Positions 20,790 through 32,204 are shown, numbered from the whole stretch's first letter. The stretch is 62,740 bases of DNA, filler included, from a bacterium (GCA_027063545.1; 13 parts of 13 records of this genome joined end to end with filler, not necessarily neighbours in it), one strand, 5' to 3'. A program made the numbers and translations. Notes: generated from the sequence alone by a model not told the origin.

Positions 20790-22394
20790 TTATTCTTGCA
20801 ACATTTCCATTAAATTTATTGGTTTTGGTAATACTTGAAAGCCTTGAGGAGTTTTACCTGTTTCAAATATTGTTTGCCAATATTCATAATTTTGTTTTCC
20901 ACCAAATACAGTATTGGAAAGTTCTTTATTCACCCATATAGGTAAATTTTTTAGATTTTTAATAAATATTTTTATTTTATCCCACAAAGGTTCTGGAAAA
21001 TTATACTGAAATAATTTATTCTCATCAATAGGTTTTCCTTGCATTATAAAATAGTTTTTTATTATTTGAGCAATATATTTTAACCAATTATAAATAATTT
21101 CTTCTTTACTCATTCTATAAGCTATTAGATGATCTTCTGGAATATTTTCTCCTTTTTGTATTCTATGTTCAATTCTATATGTTCCAATATCTGGATCGAA
21201 TTTCCCAATATATATTTCTTCTGCTATAATATTCATAAGTTTAAGTATTTGTTGTTTTTCTAATTCTCTTGGATTTTCTCCTTCTTCAAGTCTATAATTT
21301 ATTGGTGTATGAAGAGTATCTCTATAGATAAAGAAAGAATAAAATGTTTTTTCAATAGTACTGTAAGAAAGAGGTTTTTCTTTACCTCTTCCTCCGAAAT
21401 CAATAAATTCTTTTAATTTATTTTCAGGATTATGAGTTATCCAATCTCTTATTGAGTCCAAAATATATTTTTTCATCTCTTTAGATTCACCTTTAAAATA
21501 TTTTACTAAATCTGCTTCAGAAAAATTGTAATCGTCTTCTGGAAGACCACGTTCTTTTTTATATCTCTCAACTCTTTCTATATAAAGTTGACTTCCAAGA
21601 TGTCTTTGAACAGATTTATCAAAAGCTATTTGTCTTAATGTTGTTCCAGCATTTGTATTTGCAGTAAGAAGTATATCCAAATTTGGGTTTAAAAATATTC
21701 TTACAGGGAGTTCTCTTACATTTAATAAAATTTGAGCAGCTGCTTTATGTTGTCCATCAAAAATTTTTATTTCTGATGATCCACTTTGTGAGAAAATATA
21801 TCCTAATGAAATATGTAATTGTGGACGTTTTAAAAAGAATTCTTTTATTAATTTAAAAATGTTTTTGCCAATAGAACGTGGATTAATTCGTTCATCATGA
21901 TAAAGATATTCAATTGGAAAAACACCAAAAAAATATTTAAAACCACTTAAGTTATCTTCATATATTCTAGCCTCATATATTTTATTGTCTCCTATTTCAG
22001 AAAACGAATACTTTATTACCTCTCCTTCTATTTTAAATTTTAATCTATAGTTAGCCCCATTATATTCTTTTAATATATCGCCAAGATTAGGTGCTTGTCC
22101 TTTTGTTTCTAATGTTTTTTCTGTTATTTTATTAAATTTATTTAATATTCTTGCAATTCTTAAATCAGCATCTTGTTTAGAGCGATTACATGAATAATGA
22201 GTTATTGCAAAGTTAGAAGGATCGTCTTTTCCCCCTAATTTTAATGGAATTACATGATCAATATCTATAGAGTGAATATTTAAATCTATGGGTTCTTCAC
22301 ATATAAAACATTTATAATTTTGATTTTTTAATAAAGTTTTAATAAGATCGTTTCTTTCTTCTGATGATAATCTACTTAAATATAAAGATCCCAT
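20790..22394 (-). CDS. HNH endonuclease with internal DGQHK (DGQHR/ParB-like) motif
   Basis: N-terminal CFIC...DIDHVIP...GGKD..SN.....SCNRSK; internal IFDGQHKAAA; GGAGG RBS. Confidence 0.8.
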   Translation of the reverse strand: MGSLYLSRLSSEERNDLIKTLLKNQNYKCFICEEPIDLNIHSIDIDHVIPLKLGGKDDPSNFAITHYSCNRSKQDADLRIARILNKFNKITEKTLETKGQAPNLGDILKEYNGANYRLKFKIEGEVIKYSFSEIGDNKIYEARIYEDNLSGFKYFFGVFPIEYLYHDERINPRSIGKNIFKLIKEFFLKRPQLHISLGYIFSQSGSSEIKIFDGQHKAAAQILLNVRELPVRIFLNPNLDILLTANTNAGTTLRQIAFDKSVQRHLGSQLYIERVERYKKERGLPEDDYNFSEADLVKYFKGESKEMKKYILDSIRDWITHNPENKLKEFIDFGGRGKEKPLSYSTIEKTFYSFFIYRDTLHTPINYRLEEGENPRELEKQQILKLMNIIAEEIYIGKFDPDIGTYRIEHRIQKGENIPEDHLIAYRMSKEEIIYNWLKYIAQIIKNYFIMQGKPIDENKLFQYNFPEPLWDKIKIFIKNLKNLPIWVNKELSNTVFGGKQNYEYWQTIFETGKTPQGFQVLPKPINLMEMLQE

Positions 22395-22432
22395 ATTCCC
22401 TCCTATTTTACAATGACTTTTAGTAATATTAT

Positions 22433-22918
22433 CTACTTTCCCTTTATCTCCCTCAAAAACTCTAAAGTTGCTACATACTTATCAATAAATGAAACAAGCC
22501 AACTCTCTTTATATTTAGGTATTAAATAAAATGTTAAAGGCCACATGTGTTTTAAAATAATATCCTCTTCCAACTTACTTATAGAAAAATACTTTTTACT
22601 ATTTTCTAAGGCAACCTTAGGATGCCAAAAACCATGAAATCTTTTTATCTTTCCTGTTTTAGGATCAATATATCCTTTTCTCCAATCATATAAAAAAAAA
22701 TCATGAAGTATTGCGCCTCTTGTTAAAGCATATATATTCTTCCATTTTAATTTTTTACCTATTAAATAGCTTATAAATGCTACTCTTCTTGAATGATGGT
22801 ATATAGATCTATCATGATGTTTAATTTTTTTAGTTTTTATAAAAACCTGATTAGAGATTATATCTTTTATTATTGGGAAGAATTCTTTTTTAGCTATAAT
22901 AAACTTATTTTTATCCAC
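22433..22918 (-). CDS. HD-domain phosphohydrolase
   Basis: HH...HSRRVA, GAILHDFFLYDWR, HGFWHP, IILKHMWP and IDK. Confidence 0.88.
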   Translation of the reverse strand: MDKNKFIIAKKEFFPIIKDIISNQVFIKTKKIKHHDRSIYHHSRRVAFISYLIGKKLKWKNIYALTRGAILHDFFLYDWRKGYIDPKTGKIKRFHGFWHPKVALENSKKYFSISKLEEDIILKHMWPLTFYLIPKYKESWLVSFIDKYVATLEFLREIKGK

Positions 22919-22923
22919 ATTTA

Positions 22924-23756
22924 TTATTTAATAATACTATTATAAATCTCTTTTATATTTTTATCTATAGTGTTTTTGATAGAAAGAACTTTATTTTTAT
23001 GAGTTATATATTTATAGTAAATCACATCTTTATATTGATTTTTTAATCTTTGAACTTGAATTTTATATTTTTCAATAGAATTATCCAAATTTAGCAATAA
23101 ATAGAGTTGAGAGAATACGCCTTTTTTATTTAAGATATAGAGAGTAGTTATAATAGTATCAGATATCATATAGAAAGAAAGTAGAAAATTGAGAGAGATT
23201 ATTTGATAGAAGTCTAAATATTGAATTATATTATTAATAAATGGATGAATAATTTTTAAAAGAATTATAGAAAGTACTGCCCAATATAGAGAATATAAAG
23301 CACATATCCTACCATGTAAATTTAGAAAACGATTGGAATAATCCCATAGTTTTATGTTAAAAATATTTTCTAATAAGAAAGCTCCGATATANNNNNNNNN
23401 NNNNNNNNNNNNNNNNNNNNNNNNNNNNNNNNNNNTTAATTAATTAANNNNNNNNNNNNNNNNNNNNNNNNNNNNNNNNNNNNNNNNNNNNCTATCCCTG
23501 TGGCTAAAATTGTATATATTAAAATTTTTTCAGCAAAAGAAATTCCTATATTAGATAGAAAGTTGTCTATTGATAAAATTGCTATAGTTCCAAATCCATA
23601 TATAGGCACAAAAGGTCCAAAAAGAAAACCTCTATTAACAAGTTTTTTACTTGTAAAATATACATAAGAAACCTCTATAATCCACCCTAAAAAGCTATAT
23701 ATAAAGAAATACAATAAAAAAAGTTCAAATTTTAGAGAAATTATATCTATTTCCAT
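22924..23756 (-). CDS. DUF1113 / putative ABC transporter permease, one gene spanning the linker at 23392-23491
   Basis: Right flank reads FFIYSFLGWIIE...NRGFLFGPFVPIYGFG...ATGI; left flank continues YIGAFLLENIFNIKLWDYSNRFLNLHGRIC, in frame with ORF 22924-23169. Confidence 0.85.
23392..23491. other. Artificial linker, here apparently replacing a very short within-scaffold gap
   Basis: 44 N + TTAATTAATTAA + 44 N; the flanks encode consecutive parts of one protein. Confidence 0.95.
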
Positions 23757-23775
23757 ATTATTAAAATATAAAAAA

Positions 23776-24915
23776 TTAAAAAGGTAAGTCAATATTTATA
23801 GAAATATCTTTAATAGTTGGAAATTTATTTTTTATATTATTTATAATATCTGATAAAATCTTTTCATTTCTTTTTTCTGTCTCTAAATTTAAATCAAAAA
23901 TAAGATTAAAGTATCTGTTGTTTCCAACAATTCTTATATCATGAGCAGATTCTAAACAAGGATATTTTTTGGATAGTTCATTTTTTATGTAATTTGAAAT
24001 AGCATTGTATAAAGGATGATCTCTATTTATAGGATCTATATGAACAACAACATGACCAGGAAATTTTGATTTTACATCTAATTCTATCATATCAGAGAGA
24101 TTGTGAGCTTCTGTTAAACCCATATTATCAGGAATTTCTATATGAAATGAAATATTATATACTCCTCCAAAGTTATGAACAACAATATCATGTATCCCTA
24201 AGACTTTATCGTATTTTTTAATAATCTCTTTTATTTCTTTAATAATTTCTGGATTTTCGTTTGCTGTTATTAAAGGTGTAGATGACTCTATTATTAACTC
24301 ATAAGATACATGAAATAAAAATAAAGATACCAAAATACCAGCTATTGCATCAGCATAAATAAAACCAAACTTAGACGCAAAAATTCCTATAATTACTATA
24401 ATTGTAGATAAAGCATCACTTCTATGATGTTGTCCTTCTGCTATTAAAGAAGGAGAATTAGATTCTTTCCCCAAATATATAGAAAGCCGTGCCATAAACT
24501 CCTTTATAAATATTGTTGATATAACCAAAACTAACCCAATATTATCTAACTCTATAGGATTTGGATCCTTGAATTTTAAAATAGATTCCTTTAAAAACTC
24601 TAGCCCCACCACAAATATTAAGGTAGCAATAATAATAGATGAAATCAAATCAATTCGTCTATGACCAAATGGATGATTTTTATCAAACCCCTTATTTGAT
24701 ATTTTTGCTGTTACTAAAACAATAACAGAAGTAACAACATCAGATAATGAATGAACACCATCCGCTATTAAAGCAATACTATCTGATAATATCCCATAAA
24801 ATATCTTTATAACAGAAATTAAAATATTCCCTAAAATACTTAATATACTTTCAAAATACCCCGCTTTTTGGGGGTCTTTCGCATCTATTGGGATTATATA
24901 CTTAAAAAAACTCAT
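23776..24915 (-). CDS. Cation diffusion facilitator (FieF-like) with duplicated C-terminal domain
   Basis: SIALIADGVHSLSD, HPFGH, HHRSDALS, IHDIVVH...HIE...EAH...VHIDP and a second HDIRIV domain. Confidence 0.92.
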   Translation of the reverse strand: MSFFKYIIPIDAKDPQKAGYFESILSILGNILISVIKIFYGILSDSIALIADGVHSLSDVVTSVIVLVTAKISNKGFDKNHPFGHRRIDLISSIIIATLIFVVGLEFLKESILKFKDPNPIELDNIGLVLVISTIFIKEFMARLSIYLGKESNSPSLIAEGQHHRSDALSTIIVIIGIFASKFGFIYADAIAGILVSLFLFHVSYELIIESSTPLITANENPEIIKEIKEIIKKYDKVLGIHDIVVHNFGGVYNISFHIEIPDNMGLTEAHNLSDMIELDVKSKFPGHVVVHIDPINRDHPLYNAISNYIKNELSKKYPCLESAHDIRIVGNNRYFNLIFDLNLETEKRNEKILSDIINNIKNKFPTIKDISINIDLPF

Positions 24916-24944
24916 ATTTAAATCCTCTTATAAATTAAAAAAAT

Positions 24945-24994
24945 AAAAAAAGCCCGAAGAGGCTTAAATATACCAATCACCTCCCGGGCTTTCT
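24945..24994 (-). terminator. Intrinsic terminator after ilvC
   Basis: On the minus strand AAAGCCCGGGAGG...CCTCTTCGGGCTTT followed by a T tract. Confidence 0.7.
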
Positions 24995-25019
24995 ATTCAT
25001 TTCCTATATTTATAAATTT

Positions 25020-26021
25020 CTATTTTTTATTATTAATCCAACTCATTTTACTTCTTAACTCTTTTCCAACTTTTTCAATTAAGTGTTCTTCTGTCATTCT
25101 ATATCTAGCATTAAATTCTGGTCTTCCAGCTTCATTTTCTAAAATCCATTCTTTTGCAAATTTACCAGTTTGGATATCCTCTAAAGCCTTTTTCATTTTT
25201 TCTTTAACATCCTTTGTTATAATCTTAGGACCAACTGTTAATGCTCCATATTCTGCTGTGTCAGAAATAGAATAAAACATTCCTTCAATTCCCTTTTCAT
25301 ATAATAAATCAACAATCAACTTAACTTCATGAAATGTTTCAAAATAAGCAACTTCTGGTTTATATCCTGCTTCTACTAAAGTTTCAAATCCAGACTTGAT
25401 TAACTCTACAAGACCACCACACAATACTGCCTGCTCACCAAAAAGATCAGTTTCTGTTTCTTCTTTAAATGTTGATTCAATTATACCAGCTCTTCCAGCT
25501 CCTATACCACACGCATGGGCAAGCGCTAAATCTCTAGCCTTTCCTGTATAATCTTGATATACTGCTATTAAAGCCGGTACTCCAAATCCTTCTTTATACA
25601 CTCTTCTAACTAAATGACCAGGTCCCTTTGGAGCAACCATATAAACATCTACATACTCAGGAGGAACTATTCTTCCAAAATGAATATTAAAACCATGAGA
25701 GAATACTAAAGCATCTCCTTCTTTCAATCCTTTTTTAATATATTTTTCATAAATATCTTTTTGTACTTCATCAGGTATTAAAATTTGAATAATATCAGCC
25801 TTTTCTGCTGCTTCCTCTATTGAATAAACTTCAAAACCATCCTTTTGGGCTATTTCAGCAGATTTGCTTCCTTTCCTTAATCCAATAATTACATTAAAAC
25901 CACTATCCTTTAAATTTTGTGCTTGAGCATGACCTTGAGAACCATAACCAATTACTGCGATTGTCTTATCCTTTAAAACACTTAAATCCGCATCTTTTTC
26001 ATATAATAATTTGATTTCCAT
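25020..26021 (-). CDS. ilvC: Ketol-acid reductoisomerase
   Basis: [42 protein letters not shown] and SDTAEYG. Confidence 0.97.
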   Translation of the reverse strand: MEIKLLYEKDADLSVLKDKTIAVIGYGSQGHAQAQNLKDSGFNVIIGLRKGSKSAEIAQKDGFEVYSIEEAAEKADIIQILIPDEVQKDIYEKYIKKGLKEGDALVFSHGFNIHFGRIVPPEYVDVYMVAPKGPGHLVRRVYKEGFGVPALIAVYQDYTGKARDLALAHACGIGAGRAGIIESTFKEETETDLFGEQAVLCGGLVELIKSGFETLVEAGYKPEVAYFETFHEVKLIVDLLYEKGIEGMFYSISDTAEYGALTVGPKIITKDVKEKMKKALEDIQTGKFAKEWILENEAGRPEFNARYRMTEEHLIEKVGKELRSKMSWINNKK

Positions 26022-26063
26022 CTTATTCACTCCTTTTTTTATAAATTTAGTTTTAATAAACTC

Positions 26064-26537
26064 CTATTTTGAGAGAGCGACTTTTCCTGTTTTTATCATT
26101 TCTTTAATTCCATAATTTTTCATTAATTCTATAGCATTCTCTACAGTATGTTCATCACCTGTAAATTCTATTAAAATAAAATCCTTCCCAACCTCAACAA
26201 TATCCCCTTTTAAAGCAGAGGCTAATGTAATTATTTCCTGCCTTGTCTGTTTTGTTGCATTTACTTTTACTAAAGCAAGCTCCCTTGCTATATGATCCTT
26301 GTGAGTTAAATTAACAACCTTAATAACATCAATCTGTTTATTTAATTGTTTGATTACCTGCTCTATAACCCTTTCATTACCCTCAACAACAATAGTCATT
26401 CTTGAAAGTGTTGGGTCTTCTGTCTCACCAACAATGAGAGACGAAATATTATAACCCCTACTTGAAAAAAGACCAGCAATCTGAGCTAAAACCCCAAACT
26501 GATTTTCAACTAAAACATTTATTATGTGCTTTTTCAT
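26064..26537 (-). CDS. ilvN: Acetolactate synthase small subunit
   Basis: VENQFGVL...GLFSSRGYNISSL, SRMTIV, KQLNK and RELALVKV. Confidence 0.95.
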   Translation of the reverse strand: MKKHIINVLVENQFGVLAQIAGLFSSRGYNISSLIVGETEDPTLSRMTIVVEGNERVIEQVIKQLNKQIDVIKVVNLTHKDHIARELALVKVNATKQTRQEIITLASALKGDIVEVGKDFILIEFTGDEHTVENAIELMKNYGIKEMIKTGKVALSK

Positions 26538-28228
26538 GCCATACCTCGCATTATTTCGGTTAAGCCTCTACCAGCCGGAACCATTGGAAATACATTTTCT
26601 TCTTTTTCTATTACAAATTCTATTAAATAAGGGCCATCATATTCTAAAGCTTTTCTTATGGCATCATCAACTTCTTCTTCTTTGAATACTCTAATTGCAG
26701 GAATATCATAACTCTCTGCTAGTTTAACAAAATCAGGATAATATTTAGTTCCAGTTCCTAAGAATGTACCAGAATAATTTCTGTTCCAGAATAATTCCTG
26801 CCATTGTCTTACCATTCCTAAATATGAGTTGTTTAAAATAAAAATCTTAACAGGAAGATTTTCATGTTTTATTGTAGCAAGTTCCTGAATATTCATCTGA
26901 ATAGAACCATCACCAGAAAAAACTATAACAGGCTTTCTTTCCTTAAGTTGAGCAACTGCAGCTCCAATAGCAAACGGAAGTCCACTACCCATTGTCCCTA
27001 AACCACCAGAAGTAAGAAGTTGCTTTTCATATTTAAACTTATAATATTGAGCTACCCACATTTGATGTTGTCCTACATCCGTAGCAATTGCTACCTCTCC
27101 ATTTGTTAAATCAGAAGTTCTTTTTATTATCCACTGTGGGTGAAGACGTCCATCTCCATGTGGTAAGTCTAACTGATTTTCTTCTTTTAACTTAAGTACA
27201 AATTGCTGCCATTCACTATAATCACCAGGTTCAACAATTTTATTCAATTCTTGTAATATTTGTTTAGCGTCCCCTACAACTGGAATGTCTACCTTTATAA
27301 TTTTAGAAATAGAAGCAGAATCTATATCAATATGAGCAATTTTAGCATTAGGAGCAAAAGTTTCAACCTTACCTGTCACTCTATCATCAAATCTCACTCC
27401 GATAGCAATAATTAGGTCAGATTCATTTATACTTAAATTGGCATATACCGTCCCATGCATTCCTAACATATCTAAATAATACTTATAATCTGGATCTATT
27501 ACCCCCAGTCCCATCAAAGTTGAAGTTACAGGAATCTGGGTTTTTTCTAAAAACTCTCTTAACTCTTTTGTTGCACCACTCCATTTTACTCCACCACCTA
27601 CATAAACAATAGGCCTTTTAGCCTCTTTAATTGCTTGAGCAAGTTTTTTTATTTGTAAAGGATGTCCTTTATAATTAGGTTTATATCCCCTTAAGTTTAC
27701 TTTATCTGGAATAGAAAATTTTTCAACTGTACCTAAAGATATATCTATCGGTAAATCTATCAAAACAGGACCAGGTCTGCCTGTAGAAGCAATGTAAAAT
27801 GCTTCTTTTATAATTCTTGGAAGATCATGTATATTTTTCACTAAATATCTATGCTTTGTAATTGGTCTAACAATACCTGTAATATCAACTTCTTGGAAAG
27901 CATCTGTTCCTATAAGGGTAGTTTTTACCTGACCAGTTATTACTACAATAGGAGAGCTATCCATATTTGCAGTTGCAATACCTGTAACAGTATTTGTTGC
28001 ACCCGGACCACTTGTTACTATAACAACCCCGGGTTTCCCTGTTATTCTTGCATAACCATCCGCAGCATGAGCAGCAGCCTGTTCATGCCTCGTTAAGATA
28101 AATTTAAAATCAGTTTTATTTAAAACATCAAAAACAGGAATAACTGCTCCACCTGGATAACCAAATATATGTTCAACACCAACACTTTTTAAACTCTCCA
28201 TTAATATCTGAGCACCAGTATAACTCAC
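26534..28228 (-). CDS. ilvB: Acetolactate synthase large subunit
   Basis: FGYPGG, RHEQ, TSGPGATN, RFDDRVTG, TDVGQHQMW, GDGSIQMN and LGMVRQWQ; GTG start. Confidence 0.97.
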   Translation of the reverse strand: MSYTGAQILMESLKSVGVEHIFGYPGGAVIPVFDVLNKTDFKFILTRHEQAAAHAADGYARITGKPGVVIVTSGPGATNTVTGIATANMDSSPIVVITGQVKTTLIGTDAFQEVDITGIVRPITKHRYLVKNIHDLPRIIKEAFYIASTGRPGPVLIDLPIDISLGTVEKFSIPDKVNLRGYKPNYKGHPLQIKKLAQAIKEAKRPIVYVGGGVKWSGATKELREFLEKTQIPVTSTLMGLGVIDPDYKYYLDMLGMHGTVYANLSINESDLIIAIGVRFDDRVTGKVETFAPNAKIAHIDIDSASISKIIKVDIPVVGDAKQILQELNKIVEPGDYSEWQQFVLKLKEENQLDLPHGDGRLHPQWIIKRTSDLTNGEVAIATDVGQHQMWVAQYYKFKYEKQLLTSGGLGTMGSGLPFAIGAAVAQLKERKPVIVFSGDGSIQMNIQELATIKHENLPVKIFILNNSYLGMVRQWQELFWNRNYSGTFLGTGTKYYPDFVKLAESYDIPAIRVFKEEEVDDAIRKALEYDGPYLIEFVIEKEENVFPMVPAGRGLTEIMRGMA

Positions 28229-28238
28229 CGCTATCCTC

Positions 28239-29897
28239 CTATTCTAAAATAGCACCAGTATTTGCTGATTTAACAAGTTTAGAATACCTAGCAAGCCAAC
28301 CTGTTTTAATCTTAGGTTCAATAGGTTTCCAGTTAGCTCTTCTTCTTTCAAGTTCTTCTTCCGAAACAAGAAGTTCCAACTTTCTATTATCTATATCTAT
28401 TAATATTTCATCTCCATCTTCAACAAGAGCAATTGGTCCACCTGCTGCTGCTTCTGGTGAAATATGCCCTATTGCAGGGCCTCTTGTACCACCAGAGAAT
28501 CTTCCATCTGTAATTAATGCAACACATTCACCAAGCCCCTGTCCCATAATCGCAGATGTAGGAGCAAGCATTTCCCTCATTCCAGGACCGCCCTTAGGCC
28601 CTTCATATCTAATAACAACTACATCACCACATTTTATTTGTTTATTTTTAATTGCTTCCATTGCTTCCTCTTCTGAATTAAACACCCTTGCCTTACCTTT
28701 AAAATATCTCATCTTTTCACTAACAGCAGCAATCTTAATAACACTACCATCTGGTGCTAAATTACCTTTTAATACAGCAATTCCACCTTCTTTATGGAAA
28801 GGATTATCTACAGGTCTTAATATATCTATGCCTATATCAACAGGTTTGAATCTTTCAGCAATCTCCATAACGCTCCATCCACTAGCTGTAGGATTGTCTT
28901 TTAGAAATCTTTTTATAAGATTTAAGACAGCTGGTACTCCACCAGCATTATGTAAGTCCTCCATAAAGTATTCACCACCAGGTCTAAGATTTGCAATATG
29001 AGGTACTTCTTTACCAAGCTCATCAAATTTTTCAAGTGGAAGGTCTACACCTGCAGCATGTGCAATAGCAGGAAGATGTAAAGCAGTATTTGTAGAACCA
29101 CCAAGTGCTAAATCCACAACAATAGCGTTATGAAAAGCATTTTCATTCATAAAATGACGAGCTGTAATTCCTTTTTTTACAAGTTCAACAATTTTTATTC
29201 CAGCATTAAAAGCTATTCTAAATCTTTCTGCTTGTGCTGCTAAAGCAGTTCCGCCAAAAGGAAGTGTCATTCCCATTACTTCTGTTAATATTGCCATAGT
29301 ATTTGCAGTATAAAGTCCTTGGCAAGAACCAGGACCCGGACAAGCTCTAATTTCTAATTCTTTAAGTTCTTCTTCAGAAAGTTCTCCCTTATCCCTTTGA
29401 GCCATAGCTTCAAATGTATCTCTAACCAATGAGAGTCTCTTACCTTTATAAAAACCGGAATGCATTGGCCCTGCTGTTACAACAATTGCAGGAATATCAA
29501 GCCTTGCAGCAGCAATTAACATCCCAGGAGTTATTTTATCACAATCTGTTAATAACACAATTCCATCCAAAGCATGAGCTCTTGCGACAGATTCTATAGA
29601 GTCAGCAATTAACTCTCTTAAAGGAAGAGAGTAGTGCATTCCTAAATGTCCCATTGCTATTCCATCACATAATGCAGGTACTCCAAAAATAAAACTTCTA
29701 CCTCCACCAGTATGTATACCTTTTTCTATATGTCTTTCTAAATCCCTCATGTCTATATGACCAGGAACTAAATCAGTAAAAGAGGAAGCAATTCCTATAT
29801 ATGGACGATTCATATCGCTAGGATCAACACCAGTAGCATACATTAAACACCTTTGTGGAACTCTATCTGAACCTTTTTTTGCTCTATCACTTATCAT
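28239..29897 (-). CDS. ilvD: Dihydroxy-acid dehydratase
   Basis: [45 protein letters not shown] and TDGRFSGGT. Confidence 0.97.
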   Translation of the reverse strand: MISDRAKKGSDRVPQRCLMYATGVDPSDMNRPYIGIASSFTDLVPGHIDMRDLERHIEKGIHTGGGRSFIFGVPALCDGIAMGHLGMHYSLPLRELIADSIESVARAHALDGIVLLTDCDKITPGMLIAAARLDIPAIVVTAGPMHSGFYKGKRLSLVRDTFEAMAQRDKGELSEEELKELEIRACPGPGSCQGLYTANTMAILTEVMGMTLPFGGTALAAQAERFRIAFNAGIKIVELVKKGITARHFMNENAFHNAIVVDLALGGSTNTALHLPAIAHAAGVDLPLEKFDELGKEVPHIANLRPGGEYFMEDLHNAGGVPAVLNLIKRFLKDNPTASGWSVMEIAERFKPVDIGIDILRPVDNPFHKEGGIAVLKGNLAPDGSVIKIAAVSEKMRYFKGKARVFNSEEEAMEAIKNKQIKCGDVVVIRYEGPKGGPGMREMLAPTSAIMGQGLGECVALITDGRFSGGTRGPAIGHISPEAAAGGPIALVEDGDEILIDIDNRKLELLVSEEELERRRANWKPIEPKIKTGWLARYSKLVKSANTGAILE

Positions 29898-29962
29898 TTT
29901 TATTCTCCTTTTTATAAATATAAATTTATATAATTTATTGAAACTAAAATAATAAAAATACT

Positions 29963-30523
29963 TTATTTTTTCAAATATTTTAAATCCTGTAATTGTTTAA
30001 TATATAACTTTCTTATTTTATTAAAAAAATTAATAACCTTATCATTTTTATAATCAGGATATGTCCAAGGCCAGCTATTGAAAGTTTTATTTTGATAAAA
30101 TAGTGTTACTTCAGCGAATATATTATTACCTATATATATTCTATGAGTATAATTTTTTGTGGAGGCAAGGACAACTTTAGCCATAGATAGATATCCTGGA
30201 TCTATATTTACCCTTCGGTTTCCATAACTATCCTGAAATTCTATTTCAATTTTATTAGTAATATTTTTTATATGGGATAACTCTTCCATATTTATTAAAT
30301 TTTCAAAAAATATCCACAATCTATATGTTTGTCCCATTTCATTTATATAATAATCTGTTTCTATAAAATCTTTTGGTATAGTTAATAGAGTAATTTCATT
30401 GTTTAAATATTGGATTAATATATTTTGTATGGGTATTATTAAATCTTGAAAATATTTTTTAGTTATTAATATTCCACAAAATAGTTTAACAGGATATATA
30501 ATTTTTTTGGTTTTTACACTCAT
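29963..30523 (-). CDS. DUF4416 family protein
   Basis: [35 protein letters not shown] and WPWTYPDY. Confidence 0.85.
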   Translation of the reverse strand: MSVKTKKIIYPVKLFCGILITKKYFQDLIIPIQNILIQYLNNEITLLTIPKDFIETDYYINEMGQTYRLWIFFENLINMEELSHIKNITNKIEIEFQDSYGNRRVNIDPGYLSMAKVVLASTKNYTHRIYIGNNIFAEVTLFYQNKTFNSWPWTYPDYKNDKVINFFNKIRKLYIKQLQDLKYLKK

Positions 30524-30538
30524 AGAATTACTTCGGTT

Positions 30539-31408
30539 TTACAAAAATAAATAGTTTAAAGGGTTTACAGGTTTTTGATTAATTCTTATCTCAAAATGAA
30601 GATGAGGATAAAGACTTACACCACTACTACCAATAGTACCTATTACCTGAGATTTTTTTACCCTTTGTCCTTTTTTAACAAGTATAGTATTGAGATGGGC
30701 ATAATAAGTTGATATTTTTTCTGAATGTTTAATGATAATATATTTGCCAAAATATCTATCTATTCCTGTTTTTATAACAATTCCATCCCCTGATGCAAAT
30801 ACTTTACTTCCTATAGGTCCAGTTATATCAATACCTGAATGAAATTTTTCTTTTTCAGTTAGAGGATCGTAGGAATAACCAAATTTTCTTGTTATTTTAT
30901 TAGAAAAATCAGCAGGATATCTTGTTGGAAGTAGATTAAATTTTTTAGGATTATCATTAAACGACAAAATTAAATTTACAAAATATACAAGAGATTTTCC
31001 TACAATTTTATTTAATTCATTAATATTTAAATTCATTATAACACTATCCAAGGAATTATTATAGATAGTAATTACATTTGTAGATATTCCCAATTTTTTA
31101 TACTCATTTTGAATATTTTTTTCTAATTCTTTAATTTTTTGAAGGTTGTAGTTGATAGAATCGTATTTTTCCTTAATTTTCGGGATACTTTTTTTATATT
31201 GCGTTATTTCTTTTTTTATCTTATGAGTAACTACATTATTTTTCTTTATTTGTTTTTTTATTTGGGGGATATAAATAAAACCTAATATAATTATCATAAA
31301 GATTATGAAATAAAGAAATAACGAATATATATTATATCTTCTTATTTTTACTTTTTTATGTTTTTTATCAAATGAAAAAATTAAAATTTGACTTTTTTTC
31401 CTTGGCAT
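30539..31408 (-). CDS. M23 family metallopeptidase with TM anchor and coiled coil
   Basis: FHSGID, YAHL and PHLHFE...PVNP. Confidence 0.9.
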   Translation of the reverse strand: MPRKKSQILIFSFDKKHKKVKIRRYNIYSLFLYFIIFMIIILGFIYIPQIKKQIKKNNVVTHKIKKEITQYKKSIPKIKEKYDSINYNLQKIKELEKNIQNEYKKLGISTNVITIYNNSLDSVIMNLNINELNKIVGKSLVYFVNLILSFNDNPKKFNLLPTRYPADFSNKITRKFGYSYDPLTEKEKFHSGIDITGPIGSKVFASGDGIVIKTGIDRYFGKYIIIKHSEKISTYYAHLNTILVKKGQRVKKSQVIGTIGSSGVSLYPHLHFEIRINQKPVNPLNYLFL

Positions 31409-31463
31409 AGTATTTTAAAATAAAATTTTATAACATATAATTAAAATATTTTAAAGAGCAATT

Positions 31464-32201
31464 ATGAAAGTAGTCTTAATTGCTGATAGTCATATATTAA
31501 CTTCAAAAGAAGCTATAGAATTTTCAAATTTTTTACGACTTTTATATGAAAAACATAAATTTGATACATTAATACTATTAGGAGATATATTTGACGTCTG
31601 GTTTGAATTTAAAAATGTAATTATAGATAGATTTTTTCCAGCACTTTATGAATTAAAGAGATTAAAAGAAGACAATGTTAGAATAATATATATATTAGGC
31701 AATCATGATTGGTGGAGTTATGGCTTTTTTGAAGAATATTTAAGTATAGAAGTATATAAATCTGATTATAAAATAGTAAAATTAAACGATAGTATAAATA
31801 GAATATTAATATCTCATGGAGATAAAGTATATAAATCTAAGAAATATAAGATTCTCCTTTCTATAATGACAAATCCTATATTAGAATTTTTATATAGGTA
31901 TTTTCCTCCATTTTTAGGAATTTTTTTAGCAGAGAGATTTTCAAAGAGTAGTAGAAAATTAGGAAAAGATTATTGTCCTGAGTATACAAAAAAAGTTAAC
32001 GATAAATTTATGGAATTATTAAAAAGACATAATGTTAACTATGGATTTTTGGGACATCTGCATAATTTTTTTATTTTAAAATCAAAAGATAATAAAGGTA
32101 ATAATTTTTTACTTTATAATTTACCAGCGTGGTATAAAAATAAAGAATATATTTTAATAGATGATAACGAAATTTTTTTAAAAAAAGGAGATAAAACATG
32201 A
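31464..32201 (+). CDS. UDP-2,3-diacylglucosamine diphosphatase-like metallophosphoesterase (LpxH family)
   Basis: IADSH, LLGDIFDVWFE, GNHD, HGD and GHLH. Confidence 0.8.
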   Translation: MKVVLIADSHILTSKEAIEFSNFLRLLYEKHKFDTLILLGDIFDVWFEFKNVIIDRFFPALYELKRLKEDNVRIIYILGNHDWWSYGFFEEYLSIEVYKSDYKIVKLNDSINRILISHGDKVYKSKKYKILLSIMTNPILEFLYRYFPPFLGIFLAERFSKSSRKLGKDYCPEYTKKVNDKFMELLKRHNVNYGFLGHLHNFFILKSKDNKGNNFLLYNLPAWYKNKEYILIDDNEIFLKKGDKT

Positions 32202-32204
32202 GTG

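Noticed and set aside
23776-24915. Duplicated C-terminal domain in the CDF transporter as a novelty
   Set aside because: This architecture is common in anaerobe FieF-like proteins.
29898-29962. Attenuator or T-box upstream of the ilv operon
   Set aside because: Only 65 nt of AT-rich sequence; no leader peptide or T-box motif.
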